In this document: in pieces, positions 9,420-19,439 of the stretch
How positions within the stretch are numbered: position 1 is the stretch's first letter
How the letters are laid out: each line of letters starts with the position of its first letter
Source: Clostridia bacterium
Lineage (GTDB): Bacteria; Bacillota; Clostridia; Oscillospirales; CAG-272
Assembly: GCA_017453365.1 (NCBI GenBank)
Contig: JAFTKH010000003.1
Location: forward strand, 1,866-65,865
Direction of reading: 5' to 3'
DNA: 64,000 nt
Position numbers and translations under genes: made by a program
Notes under the pieces: model-generated
Told to the model about the DNA's origin: nothing
The model's database searches: none
What the model saw: only the letters and a program-made list of their open reading frames with translations

Positions 9420-10553
9420 ATGGCAGGTCTTTCACTCAGACACATTTACAAGAAGTATCCCGGCGGCGTTACTGCCGTATCCGACTTCAACCTTGAGATT
9501 AAGGATAAGGAGTTCCTTATCTTCGTCGGCCCTTCGGGATGCGGTAAGTCCACCACTCTTCGTATGATAGCAGGCCTTGAGGAAATTTCAGAGGGTGAGC
9601 TCTACATAGGCGACAGATACGTTAACGACGTAGCGCCGAAGGACAGAGATATCGCGATGGTGTTCCAGAACTACGCCCTTTATCCTCACATGACCGTGTT
9701 CGATAACATGGCATTCGGCCTTAAGCTTCGTAAGGTTCCGAAGGAAGAGATAAAGAGACGTGTTGAGGAGGCTGCCAGAATACTTGACATAAGCCACCTT
9801 CTCGAGAGACGTCCGAAGGCTCTTTCGGGCGGTCAGAAGCAGAGAGTTGCGCTCGGACGTGCTATCGTCCGTAATCCGAAGGTATTCCTTCTCGACGAGC
9901 CGCTTTCCAACCTTGACGCTAAGCTTCGTGCGAGCATGAGAACCGAGCTTACCAAGCTTCACAAGAAGGTTGAGACTACCTTCATTTACGTAACGCACGA
10001 CCAGGTCGAGGCTATGACGATGGCTTCCCGTATCGTCGTTATGAGAGACGGTATCATTCAGCAGGTTGATACCCCCCAGAACCTTTACGACTCTCCCTGC
10101 AATCTCTTCGTTGCGGGCTTCATAGGCACTCCCCAGATGAACTTCCTCACCGGTAAGCTTGTTAAGAAGGGCAGTGACCTCTACGCTACACTCGGTACCA
10201 CCGAGGTTAAGCTTCCTGCGGATAAGGCTAATAACCCCGACCTTAAGGAATACATCGGTCAGGACGTTATCTTCGGTATCCGTCCCGAGTCTATTCACGA
10301 CGAGCCTATGTACTTAAGCTCTATGGCTGATACCACTATGGACGTTGACGTTGACGTAACCGAGCTTATGGGTGCTGAAATATATCTCTATCTCGGCTTC
10401 GAGGGTATGGATGATGCTACCGGCGGTAAGAACATTATCGCGAGAGTTTCTTCCCGCTCCACTGCGAAGTCCGGTGATAAGATTAAGGTTGCTATCGACA
10501 CCTCGCGTATCCATATTTTTGATAAGGATAACGAGAAGTGCATCTGCCACTAA
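9420..10553 (+). CDS. sugar ABC transporter ATP-binding protein, MsmX/MalK-type orphan ATPase
   Basis: Walker A GPSGCGKST, signature LSGGQKQRVALGRA, Walker B FLLDEPLS and a MalK-like regulatory C-domain. There are no adjacent permease genes. The ATG at 9420 has an AGGAG RBS. Confidence 0.85.
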   Translation: MAGLSLRHIYKKYPGGVTAVSDFNLEIKDKEFLIFVGPSGCGKSTTLRMIAGLEEISEGELYIGDRYVNDVAPKDRDIAMVFQNYALYPHMTVFDNMAFGLKLRKVPKEEIKRRVEEAARILDISHLLERRPKALSGGQKQRVALGRAIVRNPKVFLLDEPLSNLDAKLRASMRTELTKLHKKVETTFIYVTHDQVEAMTMASRIVVMRDGIIQQVDTPQNLYDSPCNLFVAGFIGTPQMNFLTGKLVKKGSDLYATLGTTEVKLPADKANNPDLKEYIGQDVIFGIRPESIHDEPMYLSSMADTTMDVDVDVTELMGAEIYLYLGFEGMDDATGGKNIIARVSSRSTAKSGDKIKVAIDTSRIHIFDKDNEKCICH

Positions 10554-10620
10554 TTTGGCGAATTTCGGTGCTTTTTGCAGAAAATTGACAACTGATATTT
10601 ACAAATATGTAAATTTTATG

Positions 10621-10649
10621 AAAAAATCCGCTATTATGCGGATTTTTTC
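10621..10649 (+). terminator. rho-independent terminator after the ABC ATPase gene
   Basis: aaaaaATCCGCtattatGCGGATttttt. Confidence 0.7.
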
Positions 10650-10661
10650 TTTTGTTAGTTA

Positions 10662-10690
10662 TTGACGGAAACATTGTTATTTGATATAAT
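10662..10690 (+). promoter_or_regulatory. sigma-A type promoter for the coiled-coil protein gene
   Basis: TTGACG, 17 nt spacer, TATAAT. It is followed by a leader hairpin aaaggcacgggtgccttt and an AAGGAGG RBS. Confidence 0.6.
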
Positions 10691-10754
10691 AAAGCAAAGT
10701 CGAGAATTGGAAAGGCACGGGTGCCTTTACCTAAAATCCCAAGGAGGCTAAAAA

Positions 10755-12212
10755 ATGGCAAGAGGGCGTAATAAACGCGAGCTCAACGCCGCAAGACGCG
10801 GCGCCGTAGATGCTATAAAAATGTATAAAGCAGATATTAAGGAAGAGCTTCGCGAATATAAAAAGCTTTCCCGTATTGTAAAGAGCACATACGACGCCTA
10901 TGAGAAAACCCGTATTGCTGTCTCGAAGCGTAGCAGCTCGAGGAGTAATAAGCGAAATGCACGTGCTGAGGAAAGCTACCGTTTTGCGCGTTTGGAATAT
11001 GACCGAGTGCGCGGCAGGCTTGATACCTCGCTTGGATTTTTGGAACGTGAATACGCGAAGCTTATGGACACGTACAGGTCGCGTGGAAATATCAAGGCGG
11101 CAGAGCGCGCCCATAAGGAATATGATGAGTATCACGAGAGTGTGCTTACCGTAATGGAGAAGTATGCAAGCAGCGAGCTCTGCTTGCCGACGGGTTCGGA
11201 CTCTGATTTCCTGCATGAGCCTGAGCCTAAAGAATTAGCGACGGTATCCGAGTCAAGGCAAGAAGCTGCACCCGAGCCCGAGAGCCGTCAGACTCCCCCT
11301 ATTCGCCCGAGTGCGGTGTCGTCTACCGTTACGTCGGTGACCGTAGCACCCGTGACTATTGATGTTACCCCTATAGTTGAGAGAGCAATAGACTCGTTTA
11401 TAGAAAGACTTGACGTGGGGCTTTCCCGACGTATTGACGAATATACGAAGGGCTTGTCTCTTCCTGACGTTACAGAAAAAGTTATTGTTGAGGCTGTGCC
11501 CGTAACTCGCCCCGGGGCTTTGGAGAGAGGAGCTGTGGCAGAGCTCAGCTCCGAGCTTCTTTCGGAAGAGGAGCATATTATAAGTAAGCTTCAAGGTATG
11601 TGCACCTCTATAAGCTCAATGCTTGAGGAGCTTACTGCGCTATCCTCGACCTATCACGACATAAGTCTTAAGTGTAGGGAGCTTGCAGAGCTGCAACGTA
11701 CCGTAAATGATATGCAGAGGCATACGGCCCGTGAGCAGAAGGGCGTTCAGGTAAATCAGAAGCTCGTTGCTGACGAGCAGGCAGAAATCATAGCGGCCGA
11801 GACCCTTGTGGTCGAGAGCCAGCGTGAGCTCGCAGAGCATCAGAGCGCTGTTGCGACACTTCAGCGCGAGGCAGAGGCTCTTGGTGCGGAGAACGTGACG
11901 GCTATGGAGTCCATTATCGCCCGTGAGCGTGAGCTTTCTGCGAAGCGTGCTGAGCTGGCCGCCTCCGGTGATAAGCTCGCTGACGCGACAGAGCAGGCTA
12001 TTCTCCGTCAGGAAGAGCTTCACCGTGAGCAGAAAGAAACCCTCTCACGCACGAAGAAGCTCTTGAGGGAGCAGAAGCAGCTGGCCGAGAAGGCTGTCAC
12101 ACCGACGAAGAAAAAGACGGTAAGAAAGACGGACGCGAGCCAAGCCCCCAAAACCGATGAGGAAAATACGGATACAGGCTCGCAGAGTGAGACAGTACCG
12201 AGTGAAGAATAA
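10755..12212 (+). CDS. hypothetical coiled-coil protein (basic N-terminus, Pro/Ser/Val linker, long Glu/Leu/Ala/Gln-rich C-terminal coiled coil, Lys-rich tail)
   Basis: 485-aa ORF with its own consensus promoter and RBS. The composition is clearly protein-like but no family was recognised by eye. Confidence 0.6.
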   Translation: MARGRNKRELNAARRGAVDAIKMYKADIKEELREYKKLSRIVKSTYDAYEKTRIAVSKRSSSRSNKRNARAEESYRFARLEYDRVRGRLDTSLGFLEREYAKLMDTYRSRGNIKAAERAHKEYDEYHESVLTVMEKYASSELCLPTGSDSDFLHEPEPKELATVSESRQEAAPEPESRQTPPIRPSAVSSTVTSVTVAPVTIDVTPIVERAIDSFIERLDVGLSRRIDEYTKGLSLPDVTEKVIVEAVPVTRPGALERGAVAELSSELLSEEEHIISKLQGMCTSISSMLEELTALSSTYHDISLKCRELAELQRTVNDMQRHTAREQKGVQVNQKLVADEQAEIIAAETLVVESQRELAEHQSAVATLQREAEALGAENVTAMESIIARERELSAKRAELAASGDKLADATEQAILRQEELHREQKETLSRTKKLLREQKQLAEKAVTPTKKKTVRKTDASQAPKTDEENTDTGSQSETVPSEE

Positions 12213-12250
12213 TAAAAAGCCCCCAACATACACTGTCGGGGGCAAATTTT

Positions 12251-12559
12251 TTAGACTATATATGAGCTGTCGTCAGAGCTTGAAAGATTGTCGTGCTCTG
12301 CTGCGACCAGCTGTACGTGATACGCATCGATAACCGCTTCCTCGAGCGCACCGCGGAAATCCGCATTTATCGGGTGAACGATATCTCGATAGCTTCCGTC
12401 CGGGTTTTTCCTCGAGGGCATTACGATGAAATATCTGTCGCGCGCATAAATAACCTTGATATCGTGGACCGCGAGGCAGTCGTCGAAGGTAACCGAAACT
12501 ACCGCCTTCATAGGCCCTTCGTCAAAGAATTTTCTGATTTTGATGTCTGTGATTTGCAT
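12251..12559 (-). CDS. spoVG: septation/sporulation regulator SpoVG
   Basis: MQITDIKIRKF...MKAVVSVTFDDCLAVHDIKVI...FIVMPSRK..DG.YRDIVHPIN is the SpoVG signature. The start at 12559 has an AGGAAAGGA RBS. Confidence 0.9.
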   Translation of the reverse strand: MQITDIKIRKFFDEGPMKAVVSVTFDDCLAVHDIKVIYARDRYFIVMPSRKNPDGSYRDIVHPINADFRGALEEAVIDAYHVQLVAAEHDNLSSSDDSSYIV

Positions 12560-12725
12560 AAACTTGTTTCCTTTCCTGTGTTGAAATAGGCACATTCCTT
12601 TTTGTTGCTGCATATAGTATACAATAAAGAACGGTATAATTATGCAATAGCTTTTTAAACAAATTACCTTAATTTGTAAACATTCAATTACCGAATATTT
12701 AACAAGGGCAGAAATATTAGGAAAT

Positions 12726-14102
12726 ATGTCGCTTTATAATTCTAATGTCGGACAGGAAAAGATAAAACGGATAATAACGTCACAGGGCGCACACGTGCAT
12801 TTTATAGGAATTCTCGGTGCCGGAATGGCTCCCCTTGCCGAGCTACTCGCAGCACGAGGGGTATTCGTCAGCGGCTCTGATAGGGACGTTGGGAAGCGTG
12901 AGGTGACACCGCCGCGAGGAGCAGTCATCGCTTCGATATCTGCGCTTCGTCCTCCCGATATCGTAGTTTACTCACTCGCTGTGCCGGAGAATGACAGAGA
13001 GATACGTCTTGCGCGGGAAATGTCAGTTCCTGTTGTGTCACGCGCGGAGCTTCTCGGCGCCGTTATGCTCTCGTATCCGAAGCGCATAGGTATATCGGGA
13101 ACGCATGGGAAGAGTACCGTTACAGCTATTTTTGATTTGCTTCTATCGGGAGCAGAAATACCTCATACGACGGTGTCGGGAGCGGAGCTCACCTCGGGCT
13201 CACCTCTTGTAATAGAGGGCGATGATGCCTTCGTCTTTGAGGCGTGCGAGTACCGTGACTCGTTCCTATCTATGCATCCGACTGTGGCGGTAATAACAAA
13301 TATTGAGCTTGACCACGCGGACTATTTCCGCGATGAGGAGCATTTCTATTCTTCTTTCGAGAGGTGGGCCGAAAGCGCCCGTGACCTTGTGCTCATCGGA
13401 GAGGGAAGGTACAGCTCCCGACTTGCCAAACGCATCGGGGAGAGGGCATACGTCTTCGGCTCATCGGATGAATGCCGCTTTCGTTACTTTGACGTCGAAT
13501 TTTGTGACACGGGAATGGACTTCTCCTTTATAGCCGAAGGTAAGCTGCTCGGACGGTTTCATATATCGGCTTTCGGCGAGCATAACGTGAAAAATGCTTC
13601 GGCAGCCGTCCTGTACGCTTATCTCACAGGTATTCCTATGAATACCGTGCGGCGTGCGCTCTCGACCTTTCGTGGCATTGGACGGCGGCTTGAGCTCCTT
13701 GGATATAAAGAGGGGCGTGCGGTCTATTACGATTACGCACACCACCCTACAGAGATAGAGTGCACCCTTTCGACCCTTGTCCGTATCTATGGCAGTGTTA
13801 CCTGCATATTCCGCCCTCACACATACACGCGCACCGCCGCACTGTGGCGTGAGTTCGCAGAGGCGCTCTCAATAGCCGACAACGCCGTAATTCTCGATAT
13901 ATATCCGGCGAGAGAGGAGCCGATAGATGGTATTACCTCGTCTGAGCTTGCGAGGGAGATAGGGAGTAGTGCCGTGTATCTGAATTTTTCGGAAGCGGCA
14001 AACTATTGTTTACATAATGCCAAAGGTGCAATAGTCCTTATGGGCGCGGGCGAGGTAGACTCTGTGAAGCGTGAGCTTCTTGAAAGTATAATGAAAAAAT
14101 AA
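12726..14102 (+). CDS. murC: UDP-N-acetylmuramate--L-alanine ligase (Mur ligase family)
   Basis: HFIGILGAGMAPLAELLAARGVFVSGSD N-terminal domain and a GISGTHGKSTVTA P-loop. MurC versus Mpl is not fully resolved by eye. Confidence 0.75.
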   Translation: MSLYNSNVGQEKIKRIITSQGAHVHFIGILGAGMAPLAELLAARGVFVSGSDRDVGKREVTPPRGAVIASISALRPPDIVVYSLAVPENDREIRLAREMSVPVVSRAELLGAVMLSYPKRIGISGTHGKSTVTAIFDLLLSGAEIPHTTVSGAELTSGSPLVIEGDDAFVFEACEYRDSFLSMHPTVAVITNIELDHADYFRDEEHFYSSFERWAESARDLVLIGEGRYSSRLAKRIGERAYVFGSSDECRFRYFDVEFCDTGMDFSFIAEGKLLGRFHISAFGEHNVKNASAAVLYAYLTGIPMNTVRRALSTFRGIGRRLELLGYKEGRAVYYDYAHHPTEIECTLSTLVRIYGSVTCIFRPHTYTRTAALWREFAEALSIADNAVILDIYPAREEPIDGITSSELAREIGSSAVYLNFSEAANYCLHNAKGAIVLMGAGEVDSVKRELLESIMKK

Positions 14103-14136
14103 AACATGTGAAAAATAAAGTATGGGGGTATAAATT

Positions 14137-14601
14137 ATGGAAAAAATACTTGTTAGTGCGTGTCTTTTGGGGCTTTCGACAAGATACGACGGGAAAAGCG
14201 TGCCGTGCGACGCCGTGATAAAGCTATCGGATAGGTATACTCTCATACCCTACTGTCCCGAAATATACGGCGGTCTGCCGACTCCTCGTACTCCCTCGGA
14301 GCGTGTTGGAAAAAAGGTGGTAATGAAGGACGGGCGTGACGTTACGGAAAATTATAACGAAGGTGCCGAGGGAGCGCTCGAGCTTTGCCGTATGCTTGGA
14401 ATTAGGCGTGCGGTGCTTAAGAGCAAGAGCCCGTCCTGCGGAAGCGGGCTTATATACGACGGTAGCTTTTCGGGTACTCTAGTGAAGGGAGCGGGCGTTA
14501 CGGCCGAGCTTCTTTTGTCTAGCGGTATAGAGGTTTTTTCGGAGGACGGGCTGTCAGAGCTCGACGGAGGTGATAATAATGAAGGATGTATTGATAATTA
14601 A
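14137..14601 (+). CDS. DUF523 (YbbK-like) family protein
   Basis: The MEKILVSACLLG..TRYDG opening and ..KSKSPSCG.. motif are typical of DUF523. Confidence 0.65.
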   Translation: MEKILVSACLLGLSTRYDGKSVPCDAVIKLSDRYTLIPYCPEIYGGLPTPRTPSERVGKKVVMKDGRDVTENYNEGAEGALELCRMLGIRRAVLKSKSPSCGSGLIYDGSFSGTLVKGAGVTAELLLSSGIEVFSEDGLSELDGGDNNEGCIDN

Positions 14602-15949
14602 AAGGGACGAGCTGTTAGCGCTCGCAGAAGAGCGTCGCTTTGCGATAGCCCGTGAAATACTCCTAGATATACCGGCTCCCGATACCGCGGAGCTTTTATC
14701 AGAGCTTGATTCGCAGCTTCTCACCGCGTTTTTCCGTCTTTTATCGAAGGAGAAGGCGGCAGAGGTGTTCGTAGAGCTTGACACCGATGTGCAAAGGGAG
14801 CTGATAGAGCGCTTCAGCGAGGGAGAGCTTGGCTCGATACTCGACGAGATGTACCTTGACGATACCGTAGACCTCATTGAGGAGATGCCCGCAACGGTCG
14901 TGAAGCGTATAATAAGGTCAGCGCCCCGCGAAAACCGAACCCTGATAAATAAGCTGCTTAAGTTCCCGAAGGACTCCGCAGGTGCGATAATGACTACGGA
15001 GTACGTCCGATTTACACGCGACATGACGGTGCGGGATGCACTTGCACATATAAAGGACGTAGCAATCGATAAGGAAACTATATACACCTCGTACGTTACT
15101 GATAAGGAAAGACATCTTATAGGCATAGTCACTGCTCGCTCGCTTATGCTTTCCGAGGCGGATACGCTTCTGTCCGATATCATGGAGGAGCAGGTGGTGT
15201 ATGCCGAAACCTCATCCGATAAGGAGGAGGTAGCAAATCTCTTTAACAGATACGGCTTTATAGCCCTGCCCGTGGTCGACAGCGAGCGAAGACTCGTCGG
15301 AATAGTTACCGTCGACGATGCTATGGACGTTATGAGAGAGGAGACCGAGGAGGACTTTGCTAAAATGGCGGGTATCACCCCTGCCAAGACGACTTATTTG
15401 AAAACGTCGGTTTTAAGTATATGGAAATCTAGAATACCGTGGCTTCTTTTGCTTATGATATCCGCAACCTTCTCGAGCACGATACTCAACCGCTTCGAGG
15501 CGGCGCTTCCCGCAGTTCTGATACTTTTCGTACCTATGCTTATGGATACGGGCGGAAACTCTGGCGGTCAGACGTCTGTCACGGTAATACGTAGCCTCTC
15601 ACTCGGCGAGATAAGCCCAAGGGACGTTCTATCCGTTTTATGGAAGGAGCTTCGCGTAGGACTTCTCACCGGTATATCTCTCGGCCTCGTTGCCTTCGGT
15701 AAGGTAATGCTCGTCGACTGCCTCATTATGCAGAACGAAGCAGTCACGCTCTCCGTCGCCCTCGCCGTCGCGGTAACGCTGGCTATCACCGTTTTCACCT
15801 CGAAGCTGATAGGCGCACTTTTGCCGATAGGAGCAAAGCGCATAGGTCTTGACCCTGCCGTTATGGCATCGCCCTTCATCACGACACTCGTCGATGCGGC
15901 ATCGCTTCTTTTGTATTTCTTTATAGCGGGCAGCGTTTTTTCACTCTGA
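14579..15949 (+). CDS. mgtE: magnesium transporter MgtE
   Basis: MgtE N-domain, a CBS pair (GIVTARSLM / GIVTVDDAMDVM) and a TM domain with PMLMDTGGNSGGQ. The ATG at 14579 lies 8 nt after GGAGG; the track start at 14570 is GTG. Confidence 0.9.
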   Translation: MKDVLIIKRDELLALAEERRFAIAREILLDIPAPDTAELLSELDSQLLTAFFRLLSKEKAAEVFVELDTDVQRELIERFSEGELGSILDEMYLDDTVDLIEEMPATVVKRIIRSAPRENRTLINKLLKFPKDSAGAIMTTEYVRFTRDMTVRDALAHIKDVAIDKETIYTSYVTDKERHLIGIVTARSLMLSEADTLLSDIMEEQVVYAETSSDKEEVANLFNRYGFIALPVVDSERRLVGIVTVDDAMDVMREETEEDFAKMAGITPAKTTYLKTSVLSIWKSRIPWLLLLMISATFSSTILNRFEAALPAVLILFVPMLMDTGGNSGGQTSVTVIRSLSLGEISPRDVLSVLWKELRVGLLTGISLGLVAFGKVMLVDCLIMQNEAVTLSVALAVAVTLAITVFTSKLIGALLPIGAKRIGLDPAVMASPFITTLVDAASLLLYFFIAGSVFSL

Positions 15950-16022
15950 CCCGAATGACGGAAAATCGCGGAAAATATTTTCGCGGTTTTTTCGTTTTTA
16001 TACTTGACAACGCTCCAGCTCG

Positions 16023-17372
16023 GTGCTATATTATTATGGTGCGAAAAAGAAATTCATTTTAAATATTTTGAAAGAAGGCGATTTTTTGTCAGAGGTATCA
16101 ATTCTTTTAAGCTTGTCTATAGCACTTCTTGCAGGTCTTTTGCTCTCGCGCCTTGCGAAGCTCGTGCAGCTCCCCGCGGTCACAGCGTATCTTGTTGCCG
16201 GTATTCTCGTCGGCCCGTTTGTTCTCGGCCGAATAGGCGTTCCGGGGCTTGGCTTTAACAGTATGGAGCAGCTTGACAGCTTCAATGTACTCTCCGACCT
16301 TGCGCTTGGCTTTATAGCTTTTTCGATAGGAAACGAGTTCCGTCTTTCTCAGCTTAAGAAAATAGGTAAGCAGGCGACGGTGATAGGAATTTTTCAAGCT
16401 ATATTCACTACCCTCATAGTCGATGTTGTGCTTATCGCCGTTCATTTTATGAACCCCACGCTTTTGCCGCTGCCCTCGGCTATAATACTCGGTGCAGTAG
16501 CTACGGCGACTGCTCCTGCCGCTACCCTTATGGTTGTCAGACAGTATAAGGCGAAGGGCCCACTCACCGATATTCTCCTTCCCGTCGTCGCGCTCGACGA
16601 TGCCGTGGGTCTTGTGGTCTTCGCTATTTCCTTCGGTGTTGCGAAGGCAATAAGCACGGGAGCTGTCGACGTGATTTCTATGGTTGTAAATCCGCTTCTC
16701 GAGGTAGTGCTCTCCTTGGCGCTCGGCGCTCTTATGGGCGTGCTTTTCACCGTTTGCGAGCGTCACTTCCATTCTAGGAGTAAGCGTATGGCCGTATCCG
16801 TCACCTTCGTTATGATGACGGTTGCCATATCCCTAATCGATAACATCACCATAGGCCCTGTTCATATTACCTTCTCGAGCCTTCTTGCCTGTATGATGCT
16901 CGGAACGGTATTTTGCAATATCTGTGACTTTTCAGAGGAGCTTATGGAACGCGCCGACAGATGGACGGCTCCTCTCCTAGTGCTCTTCTTCGTTATCAGC
17001 GGTGCGGGACTCGACCTTTCCGTATTTGCTTCAATAGGCTTCGTTCTTGTAGGAGTTGTATACATCATCGCACGTTCCGTAGGTAAGTATTTCGGTGCGT
17101 CAATAAGCGCGAAATTTATGAAATGCGACACGAATATCACGAAATATCTTGGAATTACCCTCCTTCCGCAGGCAGGCGTCGCACTGGGAATGTCGGCACA
17201 GGCTATGTCCTTCGGTGACGAGGCGGGAGCGGTAGTCCGCACGATAACCCTCTTTGCCGTTCTCATCTATGAGATAGTAGGCCCCTTCCTTACCAAAATA
17301 GCCCTCACAAAGGCGGGAGATATAAAGCCCGAGGGTAAGGTCAGCGCAAGAAATACCACGGATAAGGGATGA
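16023..17372 (+). CDS. cation:proton antiporter (CPA family)
   Basis: Polytopic membrane protein with LPAVTAYLVAGILVGP and LALGFIAFSIGNEF motifs. The real start may be the in-frame TTG at 16086, which follows GAAGG. Confidence 0.75.
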   Translation: MLYYYGAKKKFILNILKEGDFLSEVSILLSLSIALLAGLLLSRLAKLVQLPAVTAYLVAGILVGPFVLGRIGVPGLGFNSMEQLDSFNVLSDLALGFIAFSIGNEFRLSQLKKIGKQATVIGIFQAIFTTLIVDVVLIAVHFMNPTLLPLPSAIILGAVATATAPAATLMVVRQYKAKGPLTDILLPVVALDDAVGLVVFAISFGVAKAISTGAVDVISMVVNPLLEVVLSLALGALMGVLFTVCERHFHSRSKRMAVSVTFVMMTVAISLIDNITIGPVHITFSSLLACMMLGTVFCNICDFSEELMERADRWTAPLLVLFFVISGAGLDLSVFASIGFVLVGVVYIIARSVGKYFGASISAKFMKCDTNITKYLGITLLPQAGVALGMSAQAMSFGDEAGAVVRTITLFAVLIYEIVGPFLTKIALTKAGDIKPEGKVSARNTTDKG

Positions 17373-17469
17373 ACCGGAAAAACGGATAAAAAACACCGAG
17401 CCAAGGATATGTGTGCCGAGGCCTCGGTGTTTTCCTGTTTTAGGAAAACGGAAATTTTCAAATATCCCC

Positions 17470-17498
17470 TTGACAAATGAAATATGCCGCGTTATAAT
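17470..17498 (+). promoter_or_regulatory. consensus sigma-A promoter for the lexA-like/polY/yolD operon
   Basis: TTGACA (17470..17475), 17 nt spacer, TATAAT (17493..17498). Confidence 0.65.
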
Positions 17499-17539
17499 AA
17501 AAGAGAACTTAAACTTCTTTTATGTGAAAGGACAGAACA

Positions 17540-18145
17540 ATGAAAAGGATAGATGAAGAAAAGCTCTCGAGAATGGCGGATTTTATAAAGGGCTATATAG
17601 CCGAGCATAACGGCACCTCGCCGAAATTCCGTGAGATACTCGAATATATGCAGATGTCGAACTCCGTCGGCTACAGGTATCTTATGATACTCCGCGACAG
17701 AGGTATTGTCGAATATTCTGGGAAGGATACGCTCACCGTCCCCGGTCAGGAGCGTATGCGTGTTAATTTCACGTCCGTGCCCGTGCTCGGTGCTATCCCC
17801 TGCGGATTGCCCGAGGAGCATACACAGCTGATAGAGGGCTACGTAGCATTGCCCGGCGAATGGGCGGGAGGAGACTGCTACCTTCTGCGCGCCGACGGCG
17901 ACTCTATGACGGGCGCGGGGATTGACGACGGCGACCTTGTTTTGATAAGGAGGACCGCTCTCGCGAGAACGGGCAGTATCGTAGTCGCGCTCGTCGACGG
18001 CACAGACACCACGCTGAAAAGATATCTTCGCGACACGGATGGCTCGCCGATACTTCGTGCGGAAAATCCGAGATACCGCGATATCCGTCCCTTCCACCTC
18101 GCGGTGCAGGGCGTTGCGGTAAAGGTTATTAAGGATGTCGGATAG
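17540..18145 (+). CDS. LexA-like repressor (winged HTH plus S24 self-cleaving peptidase domain)
   Basis: N-terminal HTH (GTSPKFREILEYM..GYRYL..LRDRGIVE), S24 Ser box ADGDSMTGAG, Lys box TLKRY. The predicted cleavage site is Cys88-Gly89 (IPCGLP). Confidence 0.8.
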   Translation: MKRIDEEKLSRMADFIKGYIAEHNGTSPKFREILEYMQMSNSVGYRYLMILRDRGIVEYSGKDTLTVPGQERMRVNFTSVPVLGAIPCGLPEEHTQLIEGYVALPGEWAGGDCYLLRADGDSMTGAGIDDGDLVLIRRTALARTGSIVVALVDGTDTTLKRYLRDTDGSPILRAENPRYRDIRPFHLAVQGVAVKVIKDVG

Positions 18146-19418
18146 GGTATACGCCTGCATTGATTTAAGGTCGTTTTACGCCTCGGTTGAGTGTGTGGAG
18201 CGCGGACTCGACCCACTCACGGCTCGGCTTGCCGTAGCGGACCCCGAGAGGGAGCGGGGGACTATTTGTCTGGCCATAACCCCTGCTATGAAGAAAATGG
18301 GGATAAAGAACCGTTGCCGTATCTTCGAGATACCGACTGGCATAGATTATATAAAGGCGAAGCCGAGAATGAAGCTCTATATGGAGCGTTCTGCGGAGAT
18401 ATATTCGATATACCTTCGCTATATAAGCCCCGATGATATACACGTCTACTCGATAGATGAATGCTTTATAGACCTCACCCCGTATGTGAAGCTGTACGGT
18501 AAGACCCCGAAGGAGCTGACACGTATGCTGATGCTGACGGTGCTCTCGGAAACGGGAATACCGTCCTGTGCAGGGGTGGGGACTAATCTTTTTTTGGCGA
18601 AGGTTGCGTTGGATATTCTGGCAAAGGGCTCGAAGGACGGTATCGCCGAGCTCGACGAGGATAGCTTCTCACGCACCGTTGCCCATCATAGGCCGATAAC
18701 CGATATATGGAATATAGGGGAGGGAACGGCCGGACGCCTTCGCAGAATGGGCGTATACGACCTTCACGGTATTACGAGAATTGACGGGAAATATCTTAAG
18801 GAGGCATTCGGTGTCGATGCGGAGCTGCTTATCGACCACGCGAACGGTCGCGAGAGCTGCACTATCGCGGATATAAAAAAATACCGCCCGAGAGAAAGCT
18901 CGATATCCCATAGCCAAGTTCTGTTCCGCCCATATTCGCGCGACGACGCGCGGCTTATTCTCTCTGAAATGATAGAGGTGTCGGTCCTCGAGATGATAGA
19001 AAAATCGCTGGCCTGTACCTCGATATCGCTGCGGATAGGGTATAATTACTCGGGTCGATACGGTACGTCCTCCTTTTCCCTGCCGCCGCCCACGGGCGGC
19101 TCGATGAAGCTAAAGGGCAGAACCAATTCCTTGCGCCTTTTGACAGAGCATTTTATGGCGATATACAATAAGCATACCCGAGATGACGTTATGATAAAAA
19201 ATATAGGTATATGCCTCGGCGGTCTCGTCGACGAAAAATACGTTGATATAGATATGTTTACCGATGTTGCCGCTCTTGATCGTGAGCATTCGCTCCTGTC
19301 CGCTATAGTGGAGATAAAGGAAAAATACGGTAAGAACGCTATCGTGAAGGGCTCGGCGTTCGAGCCCGCTTCTACCGCTATCGCGAGAAATTCTATGGTC
19401 GGCGGACATAACGGATAA
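18135..19418 (+). CDS. Y-family (translesion) DNA polymerase, UmuC/UvrX-like
   Basis: The N-terminus YACIDLRSFYASVECVERGLDP and SIDECFIDLT are Y-family palm motifs. It overlaps the lexA-like gene by 11 nt. Confidence 0.85.
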   Translation: MSDRVYACIDLRSFYASVECVERGLDPLTARLAVADPERERGTICLAITPAMKKMGIKNRCRIFEIPTGIDYIKAKPRMKLYMERSAEIYSIYLRYISPDDIHVYSIDECFIDLTPYVKLYGKTPKELTRMLMLTVLSETGIPSCAGVGTNLFLAKVALDILAKGSKDGIAELDEDSFSRTVAHHRPITDIWNIGEGTAGRLRRMGVYDLHGITRIDGKYLKEAFGVDAELLIDHANGRESCTIADIKKYRPRESSISHSQVLFRPYSRDDARLILSEMIEVSVLEMIEKSLACTSISLRIGYNYSGRYGTSSFSLPPPTGGSMKLKGRTNSLRLLTEHFMAIYNKHTRDDVMIKNIGICLGGLVDEKYVDIDMFTDVAALDREHSLLSAIVEIKEKYGKNAIVKGSAFEPASTAIARNSMVGGHNG

Positions 19419-19439
19419 ACCGTAAAATGGAGGAATGAA

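Noticed and set aside
14554-15387. 277-aa Ser-rich ORF on the minus strand.
   Set aside because: It is antisense to mgtE. The extreme Ser/Ile/Thr composition is the mirror of the Glu/Asp/Leu-rich MgtE N-domain codons. There is no RBS.
17499-17539. A canonical SOS (Cheo) box upstream of the lexA-like gene.
   Set aside because: Only GAACTTAAACTTC is present. It has one extra base and a C in place of the G of GTTC, so it does not fit GAAC-N4-GTTC. It is not called as an operator.
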